Below the pieces are notes generated by a model, which had not been told where the DNA came from, made no database searches, and worked only from the letters and a program-made list of their open reading frames with translations. Below, piece by piece: positions 1-14,761 of a stretch of DNA of 64,000 bases. The translations under genes and the position numbers were made by a program. Within the stretch, counting starts at the first letter, position 1; every line of letters begins with the position of its first letter. This DNA is from Octopus vulgaris (Eukaryota), in NCBI GenBank assembly GCA_951406725.2, contig OX597832.1, forward strand, positions 36,022,001 through 36,086,000, given 5' to 3'.

Positions 1-173
1 TGTTTGACAGATAAATATATAACATTATACGGCATTGCTTGATAGGAACATACACAACACTACACATGTTTGATAAGTATATCCATAACATATAACTACA
101 GTTTTTGGTAAGAATATATATTGCACGGTTCACATGCTTGTAAGTATTGATACATGGCAAACTACCTTACGGT

Positions 174-630
174 TTTCTTTACTGACCACAAGGGGCTAAA
201 CACAGAGGGGACAAACAAGGACAGACAAACGGATTAAGTCAATTATATCGACCCCAGTGCGTAACTGGTACTTAATTTATCGACCCCGAAAGAATGAAAG
301 GCAAAGTCGACCTCGGCGGAATTTGAACTCAGAACGTAACGGCAGACGAAATACCTATTTCTTTACTACCCACAAGGGGCTAAACACAGAGGGAACAAAC
401 AAGGACAGACAAACGGATTAAGTCTATTATATAGACCACAGTGCGTAACTGGTACTTAATTTATCGACCCCGAAAGAATGAAAGGCAAAGTCGACCTCGG
501 TGGAATTTGAACTCAGAACGTAACGGCAGACGAAATACCTATTTCTTTACTACCCACAAGGGGCTAAACACAGAGGGGACAAACAAGGACAGACAAACGG
601 ATTAAGTCGATTATATAGACTCCAGTGCGT
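174..630 (-). repeat. Tandem array (~2.5 x 184 bp) of a headless tRNA-derived SINE (family B)
   Basis: Unit starts TTTCTTTACT at 174, 358 and 542 (period 184). The minus strand has B-box-like GAGTTCAAATTCCGCC and matches the monomeric SINE at 2547-2700. Confidence 0.85.
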
Positions 631-649
631 TACTACAAAATTAGAAATA

Positions 650-1011
650 TTGCATTTCTAAATCTCTCAGAGAGAGTTATGCTGTAGTCCCAATAATGCT
701 TCTAAGAAATTTAAATCCTCCTAAATTATGCAAGGGGACAAGAATGATTGTGAAGACATTATCACCTAATGTGACGGAAGCTATCATCATCACTGAATGT
801 GCCTTTGGGGAAGAGGCTTTCATTCCAAGAATTCCAATCAAACCATTTGAGTTCAAACGAACACAAATTCCCGGTGCGACTTTGCTTCGGAATGTCTTTT
901 CTCAGCCAACTTTATGTTAGTTGTCCCAAGATAGGTAGTTTGCAAGACTTATTTGTCTTTGCTCCAAACCAGAAAACAAAGAATGTTCTTTACCCAGAAG
1001 CTCTTATGTAA
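650..1011 (+). pseudogene. Helitron PIF1-like helicase C-terminal fragment, frameshifted and internally deleted
   Basis: MLLRNLNPPKLCKGTR...FIPRIP...FKRTQ / FPVRLCFGMS...QLYVSCPKIG...KTKNVLYPEAL*. Homologous to the ORF at 60169-60632 but lacks the NKSQGQT motif. Confidence 0.85.
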
Positions 1012-1078
1012 TTTCCTTCAACATATGAGGTAGACCTTATCTCCTTTCATAAAAGTGGTAAATTTTGTATTTTCGTTA

Positions 1079-1118
<40 letters not shown>

Positions 1119-1471
1119 GTTTATATTATGAATTCAGAAGCGATTTCCCAATTAAAGAATACAACATATTTTGCTTTTTTCTTCCAATATATAATGAAAA
1201 ATTTCGTTGTGTGTACGTATGTGTGTGTGTGTGTGTGTGTAAAGACTCCAGGACTTTTTTAAAGCCTAGTACTTATTCTATCGGTCTCTTTTGCCAAACT
1301 ACTAAGTTACGGGGATGTAAACAGACCAACACCGATCGTCAAGCAGTAATGGGGAGACAAACACAAATACAAACACACACAACACACGCACATATACGAC
1401 GAGCTTCTTTCAGTTTCCATATACCAAACACACTCAAGGCTTTAGTTGACCCGAGGCTATACTAGAAGACA

Positions 1472-1669
1472 TGATAGATCGCTAGCCTCTAAACCTTTTT
1501 TATTTTCTCTCCCTGCTTATTTCAGTGCTCCTTTCTGTCGAAGAGCGTAGGCTCGAAATGTAAAAGACTTCCTCACTTCCCGAGCGTTAAACTAATACAT
1601 CTGTTTGTTGTTTACACACCCGTCTTCGTCTTTTATTTTTTTATTTTATTTTTTTTTTGTAAATTCCCA
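1472..1669 (+). mobile_element. Short Penelope-like non-autonomous element carrying a hammerhead motif, with a 15-bp TSD
   Basis: Flanked by CTATACTAGAAGACA (1457-1471) and CTATACCAGAAGACA (1670-1684). Contains an HHR fold at 1531-1566 and the TTCCYGAGCG..AATAC motif shared with 23890, 24242 and 30230. Confidence 0.7.
1531..1566 (+). ncRNA. Minimal type I hammerhead ribozyme motif (core variant CUGUCGA)
   Basis: CTTT-CTGTCGA-A-GAGC(GTAG)GCTC-GAAAT-GTA^-AAAG. Confidence 0.6.
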
Positions 1670-2162
1670 CTATACCAGAAGACACATGCACAAGGTGCCA
1701 CGCAGTGGGACTGAACCCAGAACCGTGTGATTGGGAAACACACATATGCACAAACAGACAACACACATTATTCCTGCGCACAACTTCCATATGTATTCAC
1801 AATACATACAGGCACACCTACACACATTTAATCACACGCGTATATGTTTAAATCTCTTTAGTTCTTTATACAAACGTATATTGATATATTAATTCGACTT
1901 TGTCATTTGAAGTGAACTGCGCTCTTATTCTCTGAAGCAGTGTCTGGATGATTCTGTTGTCACACTTTGAGTAGGAGTTCAACACAATCTCATTTATAAA
2001 ACAACAAATAAACATCGTTTCAAAATATATACACATATTTTATATTTATCATTTTCCTAGTTTCATCCACATCACGAATATCATCATTTTTCTATATTTT
2101 CATTTTATTACACACCCACACAAATACCTGTGTCTTTATATATGCACACACCCATCCCCATA

Positions 2163-2520
<358 letters not shown>

Positions 2521-2546
2521 TTTATTTATTCATCTTATTATTGAGA

Positions 2547-2700
2547 TGGCGAGCTGGCAGAATCGTTATCACGCCGGACGAAATGTTTAGCGGTATTTTG
2601 TCTCTCTCCACGTTCTGAGTTCAAATTCCGCCGCGGTGAACTTTGCCGTCCATCCTTTCGGGTTCGATAAAATATGTAATAGTTGCGTACTGGAGTCCTG
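2547..2700 (+). mobile_element. tRNA-derived SINE family B monomer
   Basis: TGGCGAGCTGGCAGAATCG (A-box-like) ... GAGTTCAAATTCCGCC (B-box-like). Confidence 0.75.
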
Positions 2701-2751
2701 GTATTCAGCTTTGCAGCCAAAGATTTTTCCTCCCTCACCGCAGGTACTCTC

Positions 2752-2838
<87 letters not shown>

Positions 2839-2840
<2 letters not shown>

Positions 2841-3147
2841 TAGTTTTATTTTTATAGTGTGCTTTCACTTCACTACCGAGCGCAGCTCTGTGTGCCTTGG
2901 GTATGTGCTGTGATTTGTTGTGATGCTCTGATGGTTATTGTATGGAAAGTGTTCTGCGTAGGATGTGTGCAGTGCCTAGTAGTGCAATTTTCTGTATGTT
3001 ATATGTGTTTGTAAGTCCTGGTGTTTTTGCTATGTATTTGTCTGAATATTTTTTTATCATGCCTAATGCACCTACTATGATAGGAATTGTTTCTGTTTTT
3101 AGATACCACATTCTGGTTACCTCTATTTCTAGGTCTTTGTATTTTTG
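2839..3147 (-). mobile_element. 5'-truncated R4/Dong-clade non-LTR retrotransposon 3' end inserted in (TAA)n
   Basis: Near-identical to 7659-7915 (RLE C-terminus KDLEIEVTRMW...LGTAHILRRTLS). Flanked by (ATT)n at 2755-2838 and 3148-3237. Confidence 0.85.
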
Positions 3148-3172
3148 TTATTATTATTATTATTATTATTAC

Positions 3173-3238
<66 letters not shown>

Positions 3239-3300
3239 TTAAAATAGTTTGATTCAGCTCCATGCAACGTTTTGCATATATATATATATATATATATATA

Positions 3301-3466
3301 TACGACGGGGTTCTTTCAGCTTCCGTCTACCAAATTCACCCACAAGGCTTTGATCGGCTTGAGGCTATGGTAGAAAGCACTTACGCAAGGTGCCACGCAG
3401 TGGGACTATACCAAGAACCATGCGGACGGGAAACAAGCTTCTTACCACACAGCAACTCCTACGCCC
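3301..3466 (-). mobile_element. SINE family A, 5' half
   Basis: Matches 12740-12904 and lies between (TA)n tracts. Confidence 0.75.
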
Positions 3467-3477
3467 ATATATATGTA

Positions 3478-3586
<109 letters not shown>

Positions 3587-3725
3587 ACACACACACACAC
3601 TTCTAATATAAAAATAAAATGGCCAGTATAATAAAAATACCTTTTAAGATGACAATTGTTTATAATTGTTTATATATATGTGTGTGTGTGTGTGTGTGTA
3701 TGTGTGTAGACATACACACGTACAC

Positions 3726-3757
<32 letters not shown>

Positions 3758-4209
3758 CCACATACACATATGCATTCAAGTGCACCATGTGACAGAGCTT
3801 TGAATCTTTGCTAGAAACCAGCTCCTTCCTTATAGGAAAACTTTAATTTAAGAAAAGAAAACATACATACATACAAATATACATACACCCATATACACAC
3901 ACACATACATATAAATGTATGTGTGTATGTATGTATGTATGTGTGTATGTATGTAGCCACCCACTGCAGTTGGTGTGATCGTGATTGTTCTCCAGCTTCC
4001 CTTCCGCTACTCACATACGACCTATTTCTTTCTACACACGTATTCTATATTCATCTGCCTATTTCATACTAAGACATGCTTCTCATTAAAATCTTTGACA
4101 TGACTTTAACTAATTTAATTATTTTAATTGAGAAAATAGTAACAGCAGCTACGTCAGCAACAGTAACAGCAATAATATAAAAATATAAAAAATATAGAAA
4201 TAAAACAAT

Positions 4210-4375
4210 AGGCGCAGGAGTGGCTGTGTGGTAAGAAGCTTGCTGCCCAACCACATGGACCCCGGGTTCAGTCCCACTGTGTGGCATCTCGGGCAAGTGT
4301 CTTCTACTATAGCCTCGGGCCCACCAAAATGTTGTGAGTGGATTTGGTAGACGGAAACTGAAAGAAGACCGTCGT
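4210..4375 (+). mobile_element. SINE family A, 5' half
   Basis: GGAGTGGCTGTGTGGTAAG (A box), GGGTTCAGTCCC (B box), GGGCAAGTGTCTTCTACTATAGCC core. Confidence 0.8.
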
Positions 4376-4519
4376 ATATATATTATATTAAATTAGAGAT
4401 AAAACCACTATTAGGCAAATCAAACAATGAAAAACTTAAGCCAATACATAAAATTAATTAAGTTATATTATTTTAAATATGTCAAAATTATTAAAAGTTT
4501 AATAAAAGATAATATATAT

Positions 4520-4632
4520 ATACTTTCTGTAAGTTTCATCAATTACCGTTCACAACTTTTTGAGTTATTTTGCGCACAGACGGACAAACGAACGCCGATG
4601 AAAACATAACCTCCTTCCTTGGCGGAGGTAAC
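4520..4632 (+). mobile_element. 3' end of a Helentron-associated (HINE-like) non-autonomous element
   Basis: ACAGACGGACAAACG microsatellite-like stretch followed by the terminal hairpin ACCTCC-TTCCTTGGC-GGAGGT-AA, an architecture recalled for HINE-type elements. Confidence 0.45.
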
Positions 4633-5161
4633 GAAGCGGTAGTCCCCGCGAACCCTTTCAAAATGTATTCTCAGATTGTAGAGAAAACTAATCCTTGCCA
4701 CAATTCTTTTGGAAATTCAAATAACAGTGTTTGTTGGTTTACATTATTTTATCAAGTCTTTTCTTTTTTATGCCGGAAGGTTGTGATTTGAGGGAGATCT
4801 CACTGTTTTCAATCAGTTGGAGCGAGCGAGTAGAGGATGATAGTATGTGTGTATGTATGTATGTATGTATATATGTATGTATGTATGACTTGTATTGGAT
4901 ATGTGTCTTTGGCACATGGTTTTCATATGTAAATGTGTGTCCTTTGTGTGTGTGTGTGCGTAAGGTTAAGTGTGTGGTGTATGTTTAATGCTAAGAATGT
5001 GTAGTTACAGTAACTATTTCTATAATTGTCTGTGAATGCGACATTTTGGTTTCGTCAAGATTTTCAGTTGATACCAATATGTCTGGCTTTTTCTGGAAGT
5101 AAGTCTTCATTCCCTCTGATCTTCCAAGACCGCTTCCTTCATTATGACTGAACATAAATGT

Positions 5162-5214
<53 letters not shown>

Positions 5215-5479
5215 AAGGAAGGGAGGGAGAGAAAGAGAGAGAAAGAAAGAGGAGACTCACATACAGACAGGGGAAGGAAAAGAGAGAGAGAGCGAGAGCT
5301 TCTGATTAATGTAGACTGAAATTTAGTAGTTGTCTTGTTTTTCTCTCGACTTTGTGCTGTTCTCGTAACCTGGAGATGCTTAAAGTTTCCAGCCGAGACA
5401 ACGACGTTATTTATTTCTTCCATTTTGTGTCTTATGTTTAGTTTAATGTTTGAGATTATCCTATACTAATACAAACCTT

Positions 5480-6700
5480 TCGGATTAACTCTTTATATCA
5501 GTACATTATCCTAGTTTTTCACTCTCAATCTCCAGATATTTCGTTCTTCATTCTCTTATTTAATCATTGATTGCTGTTGTTTGGCCAGTTTACCTTGGCT
5601 GAATGCAACTGTCATATGTTCAGCACTGTGCTCCATATTCATATAAAACTTATAAAGCTCTACAATTTACCAAATATTTTCTGGCGATTTCTCTGAATTG
5701 GAATAAAGTTTTTTTTTTTTTTTTTGTCATCCATATAGAATTAAAACCAGATCTTGATCCCACTAATCTTTTTGACACTTTCTGTTAAACAAAGGTCTGT
5801 ACTTTAGCATTCTCTGAAGTATGTCCTCTTGAATTCATTAACCGCTCTTTTTTGTTGACAAATTCAAAATGCTGGCATAACTTCCAGTAGACGAATATTC
5901 CTCATCCGAAATACCTGAAGATGTATTCTTTCTGGACTAAAACTGGGCAATCAGGGAAAATGAAGTTAATGCTTTTTTTCCCCACTTTCACACATTCTGC
6001 AGTTACTGTATTCTGCTTCATTGCATATTTTTGTTGATTTCAGATGATAAGGTTTTAATTCTGTACGTAAAAAAAAAAAAAAAGAAAGATTCCTTCTGCA
6101 TTAATATCGAAATCTTCATTTCCCAGGTTTGCAAATTTTCCTTGTCTACTTCCACTCAGTTCAGCGAAATGAGGCATTGATCATATAAGAGCTATGATTT
6201 GCCATTATTTTCGCCTGGCATTCCGTAGTCCCATTTTTATCTTAGGTTTTTAAGAATTTCTTCTTTACAATTTCTGTTGATAATGCTCAATTCTCTTCAC
6301 AGCCGTCAATCCCTTTCACCTCTCTTTTGTATCTGTTGGCTTCTTTCAATATAGAAAATACTTTTGTACGTGTTTTATACTTTTTTTTTGTATTAGTTTT
6401 CTATTATTTATTTCTAAACTTTTTCCTGCTGTGAATATTGCCTATGACTACATCTCCCTATAATTTGTGGATGCTGTATTCAAAGCCCAATCATAATTTT
6501 GCTTGTTTTTCCTTCTAGTGTTACAAGTCAGTTTAGTATCCCGTTGATATCATAATCATAGCTTATTTCTGGGACAGCCAAAGTATTGGATCCGATTATC
6601 GTAATTTTTACATTTAGATATTAATCTAATGCTACTATAATTTTTCTTCTTAACCTTTACTTTCATTTCTGCGTAATGCCTTTGCATTAATCTTATCCTT
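5480..6700 (-). mobile_element. Highly decayed RTE-like LINE reverse-transcriptase remnant
   Basis: Scattered minus-strand motif remnants (DYGMPGE ~ YGIP.K, GSRQG ~ GVRQG, YGAQC* ~ YGAECW) with no continuous ORF. Confidence 0.35.
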
Positions 6701-6984
6701 GTCTTTATGTAACATGATTTAAGAATTCTTAAATAATTTTATTTTCTCAAAAATTGTCCCGATGCGTTTTTCAAATATTAATTCCAATGAATGCTTATAG
6801 TAATTGTGTACACACTCTGCAAGTATTTATCACCTGAGGCCGTCGATATTCAAAAGACGGTCGTGTGCTCTCTTATACCATATTCTTCTTCTAATGGAAT
6901 GGCGTTAAATTTTGTAATTTATCCTTGCAATGTTTCCTTATCTTTATATCAGACAGAATGCATTGCGATATTTCCCCGGCTCTT

Positions 6985-7078
6985 TGCATACTGATTTCAA
7001 GTCCCACCGACTGTGCTTTCATTCTTCGGGACCGATAAAATAAAGTTCCAGTCAAGTAATCGAGTTGATGTACTCGAC
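6985..7078 (-). mobile_element. Decayed SINE family B fragment
   Basis: TTCAAGTCCCACCGA...CTTTCATTCTTCGGGACCGATAAAATAAAGTTCCAGT resembles the family B body as read on the + strand; strand assignment is uncertain. Confidence 0.4.
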
Positions 7079-7109
7079 ATACTTCTACTCTAATATTTCT
7101 GCCGTTGTG

Positions 7110-7657
7110 CAAACATTTGAAGCCTTGAAGAGGGCGCTTAGAGCAGAATCGATAGCATTTAGCAAAGAGTTAGCAATGGAAAGAAATAGATTAGAGGGAG
7201 CACTAGAAGAGGCGATTGGTAAAGGCATCGCAGCCGTCGTGCTAGCGGCGAGAATGGCCCTTGATCAATTCTTTGAGCGAAGTACGAAAGCTGCGTTGTC
7301 AGAACTAAGGCCCGTGCGCTCAAACACGAAGGAACTAGAGCTGCCTGGAAGGCCTGAATGGAGGAGACTCAACGTAGCAACAAGACCAGCATCAGGGACG
7401 CGCGCGTGCCACTCGGTTCCGAGCAGATGTGTGTGGTTTTGGAAGCCGCCGCTTGGAAGCCATCCTGAAAGCAGTCGATTTCGGACCAGTTTCAGAGGCT
7501 GGATCTCTATAATGACAGCGGCATCTACTTGGTGGTTAAAAAAACCCCACAATTTATCGGAACCATTTCGCATCGCACGCTTGGTCTGTCAGGGCTGCTC
7601 ACTGTCACTTCTTCTGTACGTGCTGAGACTCGATCCCCTACTGCGGAATTTGGAACA
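7110..7657 (+). mobile_element. L1/Tx1-like LINE ORF2 fragment (linker plus RT domain 4 piece, internally deleted)
   Basis: FEALKRALRAESIAFSKEL (post-endonuclease linker) and SEPFRIARLVCQGCSLSLLLYVLRLDPLLRNL (~ GVRQGCPLSPLLF.L..EPL). Confidence 0.65.
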
Positions 7658-7658
7658 G

Positions 7659-9014
<1,356 letters not shown>

Positions 9015-9653
9015 TCTACGACTTATTACTACTTGTATTAAAGCTTGGCATATTCAGTGGGTCATTGATTATTGATTGCAATTCTTTCACGGATGTATTG
9101 ATTTGATGACTGATAATGAGAATTGTAATACCGTTAATTTTCTATACAATACACTGGTTTGCCACAGCGCCACTATACGGATGAAAAATACTTTTCGTAA
9201 AAGTTGATTCAGTGATTGGCACAAATACTCAGCCATAGATAACAAAGCATTTGAAAGTAATGTTAAAACCATCTATTAAATCTTAGACACACACAGTATT
9301 AAAGAAATATTGTGGAAGCCATATTTATTCGAAGCACAAATCCTGTGCTTTAAAGATAACAAGAGAGTACGCGATAACCAGAAGCTTTAAAACATGAAAA
9401 AAAAAAAAGACTTCATTACTGACTGCCGTCTATTGTTGAAGCACGAAATAACTTGTAGAGTACCAGGCAGAAACCAGTGAAAGCAGACGACCAAATGAAG
9501 AGTGTATGAATGAATTTACAAAGTGTTGATAATGAGTGTAGAAGTCACAGAATGTCGATAGTTTTGGTAATTGCTATTCGGAATCGACTCTCTTATTAAA
9601 AAATTCTATGAATAAATTCAAAAGCTTTGATAATATTAAATGAGTTACACTCA

Positions 9654-11250
<1,597 letters not shown>

Positions 11251-11525
11251 ACATACATACATGGATATTCAGACAGAAAACAAACTAAAAATCTACTGAA
11301 AAGATACCCAATAAAACATTACGGCAACCAAACTCTACTTTAGGTAATATTTGCAATAACTATTAACATATACATACACACATTTCTACATAACTGCCAT
11401 AGCACACAGATCATATATAACCACAAATAGGCTATAAAAATCAATCGATATTGCTTTTTCGTTTTGTGCACTAGCTCTACTATAGCTAATAGTTTACAAC
11501 ACAGTCAACGGTGGTCAGAAGCTGC

Positions 11526-11566
11526 GACGTAGTGTGACGTCATGTGACGTCAGGGCTGCCATTTTG
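11526..11566. promoter_or_regulatory. Two perfect CRE palindromes (TGACGTCA) plus a YY1-like GCCATTTTG
   Basis: TGACGTCA at 11535-11542 and 11545-11552; GCCATTTTG at 11558-11566. Motif match only. Confidence 0.3.
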
Positions 11567-12504
11567 TCTCACTCAACAAGTATACTGCACACCGTTAAAC
11601 CAATTGCTTTGTATGGTTGCTGAAAATCTTGTCATAGCTTTTCCTTTTGCCAAATATCTTCGTATTAATGCAGGACAGGATATATTGAAATATTAATCGT
11701 GAACTAAGGAATTCGTAACACTGTTTGAAGAACATGGCTTTTGCTGCAGAAGGTGGTAGTATGATGTCTGACTGTCAAAAGTGATTTCTTGTTAGTACAA
11801 TTTTATCACATTTAGTCGTACTATATAAAAGTGTGAAGATGAAGAGTAAATGTAGCATTGATAAGTCTTCCATTTCTAAAGACGAGGGTTAATTGTTAAA
11901 AAAACTACGATATTCTCACAGTATGTATGATTCTAATTGGATTTTTGCAGAAGCCATCTGACAAGTGTAGAATAAGTATGGCTTATCATGTGTGTGTGTC
12001 TGTGTACTAATGCTCATAAATAGTGCAAGAAAGTATCAAATAGTATAATAATTGTATAAAGGCAGATGGGAGAAGGTACCAGATTGTCGTTTCGTCGGTC
12101 ATGAATTGAAATTCAACGCAAAGAGTTACTGGATAGGACAGTGTAATTAATAACATACTAATTAATTCAAAGTGTACTACTCAGCATATTTGGAAATTTG
12201 AAATATCAGTTACGATTTTTTCAGTGACAGGAAATATTCAACTTTAGCCACGTTTTAAAAAATAAATGATGCTGGCAGGGCACAGATATTTTATGCCCCA
12301 CTGAGTAAAAGAGTGGATTTTATCGGATTAGTTTCTTTGATCTTCATTAGAAAAACAATATCCATCATCTGTCCACAGCGACAGCTAATTTATAAGGTTT
12401 GTCAATTGGTCAAATTTGCATAGCACCTCATGTGTTGACATCATTGATTAACAGATAAGGAAGATATGACTCACATTTACCAAATTATCCAAAATGTTTC
12501 TCTG

Positions 12505-12904
12505 TTTACTCTTTACTCTTTTACTTGCTTCAGTCATTTGACTGCGGCCATGCCGGAGCACCACCTTTAGTCGAGCAAATCGACCCCAGGACTTATTCTT
12601 TGTGAGCCTAGTACTTATTCTATCGGTCTCTTTTGCCGAACAGGGGACGTAAACACACCAGCATCGGTTGTCAAGCGATGTTGGGGGACAAACACAGACA
12701 CACAAACACACACACACATATATATACATATACATATATACGACGGGCTTCTTTCAGTTTCTGTCTATCAAATCCACTCACAAGGCATTGGTCGGTCCGA
12801 GGCTATAGTAGAAGACACTTGCCCAAGGTGCCACGCAGTAGGACTAAACCCGGAACCATGTGGTTGGTAAGCAACCTACTTACCACACAGCCACTCCTGC
12901 GCCT
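12505..12904 (-). mobile_element. Full-length tRNA-derived SINE family A with internal TA/TG microsatellite
   Basis: Pol III A/B boxes at the head, central core, internal microsatellite, and tail GGCGGTGCTCCRGCATGGCCGCAGTCAAATGACTGAA...(AAGAGTAA)n. Confidence 0.9.
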
Positions 12905-13248
12905 AATTATGTGTAGTCATAATTAGTGGATTAATCCAGCTTATCAGCAGTGTTTCCGGTGTTATAGAAATTAGACTAACTACTTTAACTGATTTCAATC
13001 AGTTAATAATTTTCCGGACTTGTTCGCCATCATTAAATTGACGAGTCCGAAGTCAACCGTTTCCTTGTAAAAATTTATGAATATTTACTAAAATTCTTCT
13101 TTTATATATAAGCTCACTTCAAGACAAACATGAATACATACATACACACACACGCACATAATGTTTCTCTATTTATCTGTCTGTCTATCTATTTATCTGT
13201 CTGTCTATCTATTTATCTATCTATGTGTATGTGTGTATTTGTGCATTT

Positions 13249-13292
<44 letters not shown>

Positions 13293-13494
13293 TATCTATC
13301 TCTATCTATCTAGCTAGCTATGTATCTCACTGTTGCTTCTATGTTCACACACACACACACAACCAAAACAAATAACTATATTATTATATAGCGAAAGTCT
13401 TTTTTTTAAATCTGTGTTGCGTCGTGTTGACAGACTTGCGCTTAAAATACCCTCGTTTTTAATCAAAACTTGTTAGTTACTATGGTGACACTAC

Positions 13495-13527
<33 letters not shown>

Positions 13528-14724
13528 ACACACACTCTCTCATCTCAATGGATTTCTTTCTGAACAACTTTTCTCCTCTCTTTCTAAATATATATTATGA
13601 CAAGGATTATTTCCCCTGTTGATTACTCCCCTTCTTTCTCTCATTCACATATATATTATGACGAACAGACAAACTGGAAATCAGCTTTTCTTTTGTGATA
13701 GATTTTTGCCTATCATATCAGTGATGCTGTTTGGTTGAATTAGTTCATGACGACCCAACTTACTAATTGAGAAGGAAACATTTCTGCTAAATTTTTGAAA
13801 AAATTGCAAATGTGATGTTAAAGTGTCAAACGGATTCTCGGCGTTCTTTTTACTCTGTAATCCATAAAATTGTTTTCTTTCGTAAGCTGGAACATTCCTG
13901 CAAAACAAAGGACAGAGATTTTTCTGCCAAACATACAAATAATTCTTCACACTGAATTATGCCCACTCACCCAAAATTCACACACACACACACACACAAA
14001 CAAACAACGTCAATAAATGAAAATGTGTAGTGTCATGATATTGTGTAAGGCGATGCGTGTTCTTTCAGCTGATATGTCGTGACTGGAGTCATTTGATGCG
14101 ATGTGAAAACAGCCCTTACATTAGACAACGCTACTCTAATAGATATCGCAGAAAATATTGAAAATACATTTCTTTGAAGAATATATTTTTTGCTTTGCTG
14201 CAGAGGAAGTAATAAGCTACAGTTTGCTTTTTTTTTTTTAAACTTTTATTGTGTGTTTTCTATCATGTTTTTGTTTTCTAGATCATTAAAAGAAGGAGTG
14301 GAGAGAGTCAGGGATAGACTTGTTTATATATGTATATATATGTATTGATGCATATTTGTATTGTGTATGTGTAGAAGACAGGGTTTGTTCGAGTACGGGT
14401 TTTATGCCTCTGCTTGTATTTTCGAAGAACTCACACAAATCAATAATATTAAATTATTCCAACTATCTATCGACCTATCTATTTATCTATCTACTATCCA
14501 TATTTCTATCTATCTATCCGCTATCTATCTATCTATCTATCTGTCACTCTCTCTCTCTCTCTCTCTCTCATTCTATCCAAATGCCACAATATACAGACTA
14601 TGCAGACACACGAATTTATGCATATATCTTTAGCTCACATCGTAAGAGGATGAAGTCAAGTATTATCCATCTGTCTCTAATTATAATCATACATAAACAA
14701 ACACCCACGCATATCTATCTGAAA

Positions 14725-14761
<37 letters not shown>

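Larger units (their letters stand above)
1247..1740 (-). mobile_element. tRNA-derived SINE family A, interrupted by a 198-bp insertion at 1472-1669
   Basis: Matches the full copy at 12505-12904. The SINE sequence breaks at AGAAGACA and resumes at 1670. Confidence 0.8.

Noticed and set aside
4210-4290. tRNA gene (A and B boxes)
   Set aside because: No complete cloverleaf, and it continues into a multi-copy SINE body.
9050-9330. Possible PIF/Harbinger transposase remnant on the minus strand (FYEKYFSSV resembling YKKYFSIV)
   Set aside because: Too degenerate to support without a profile search.
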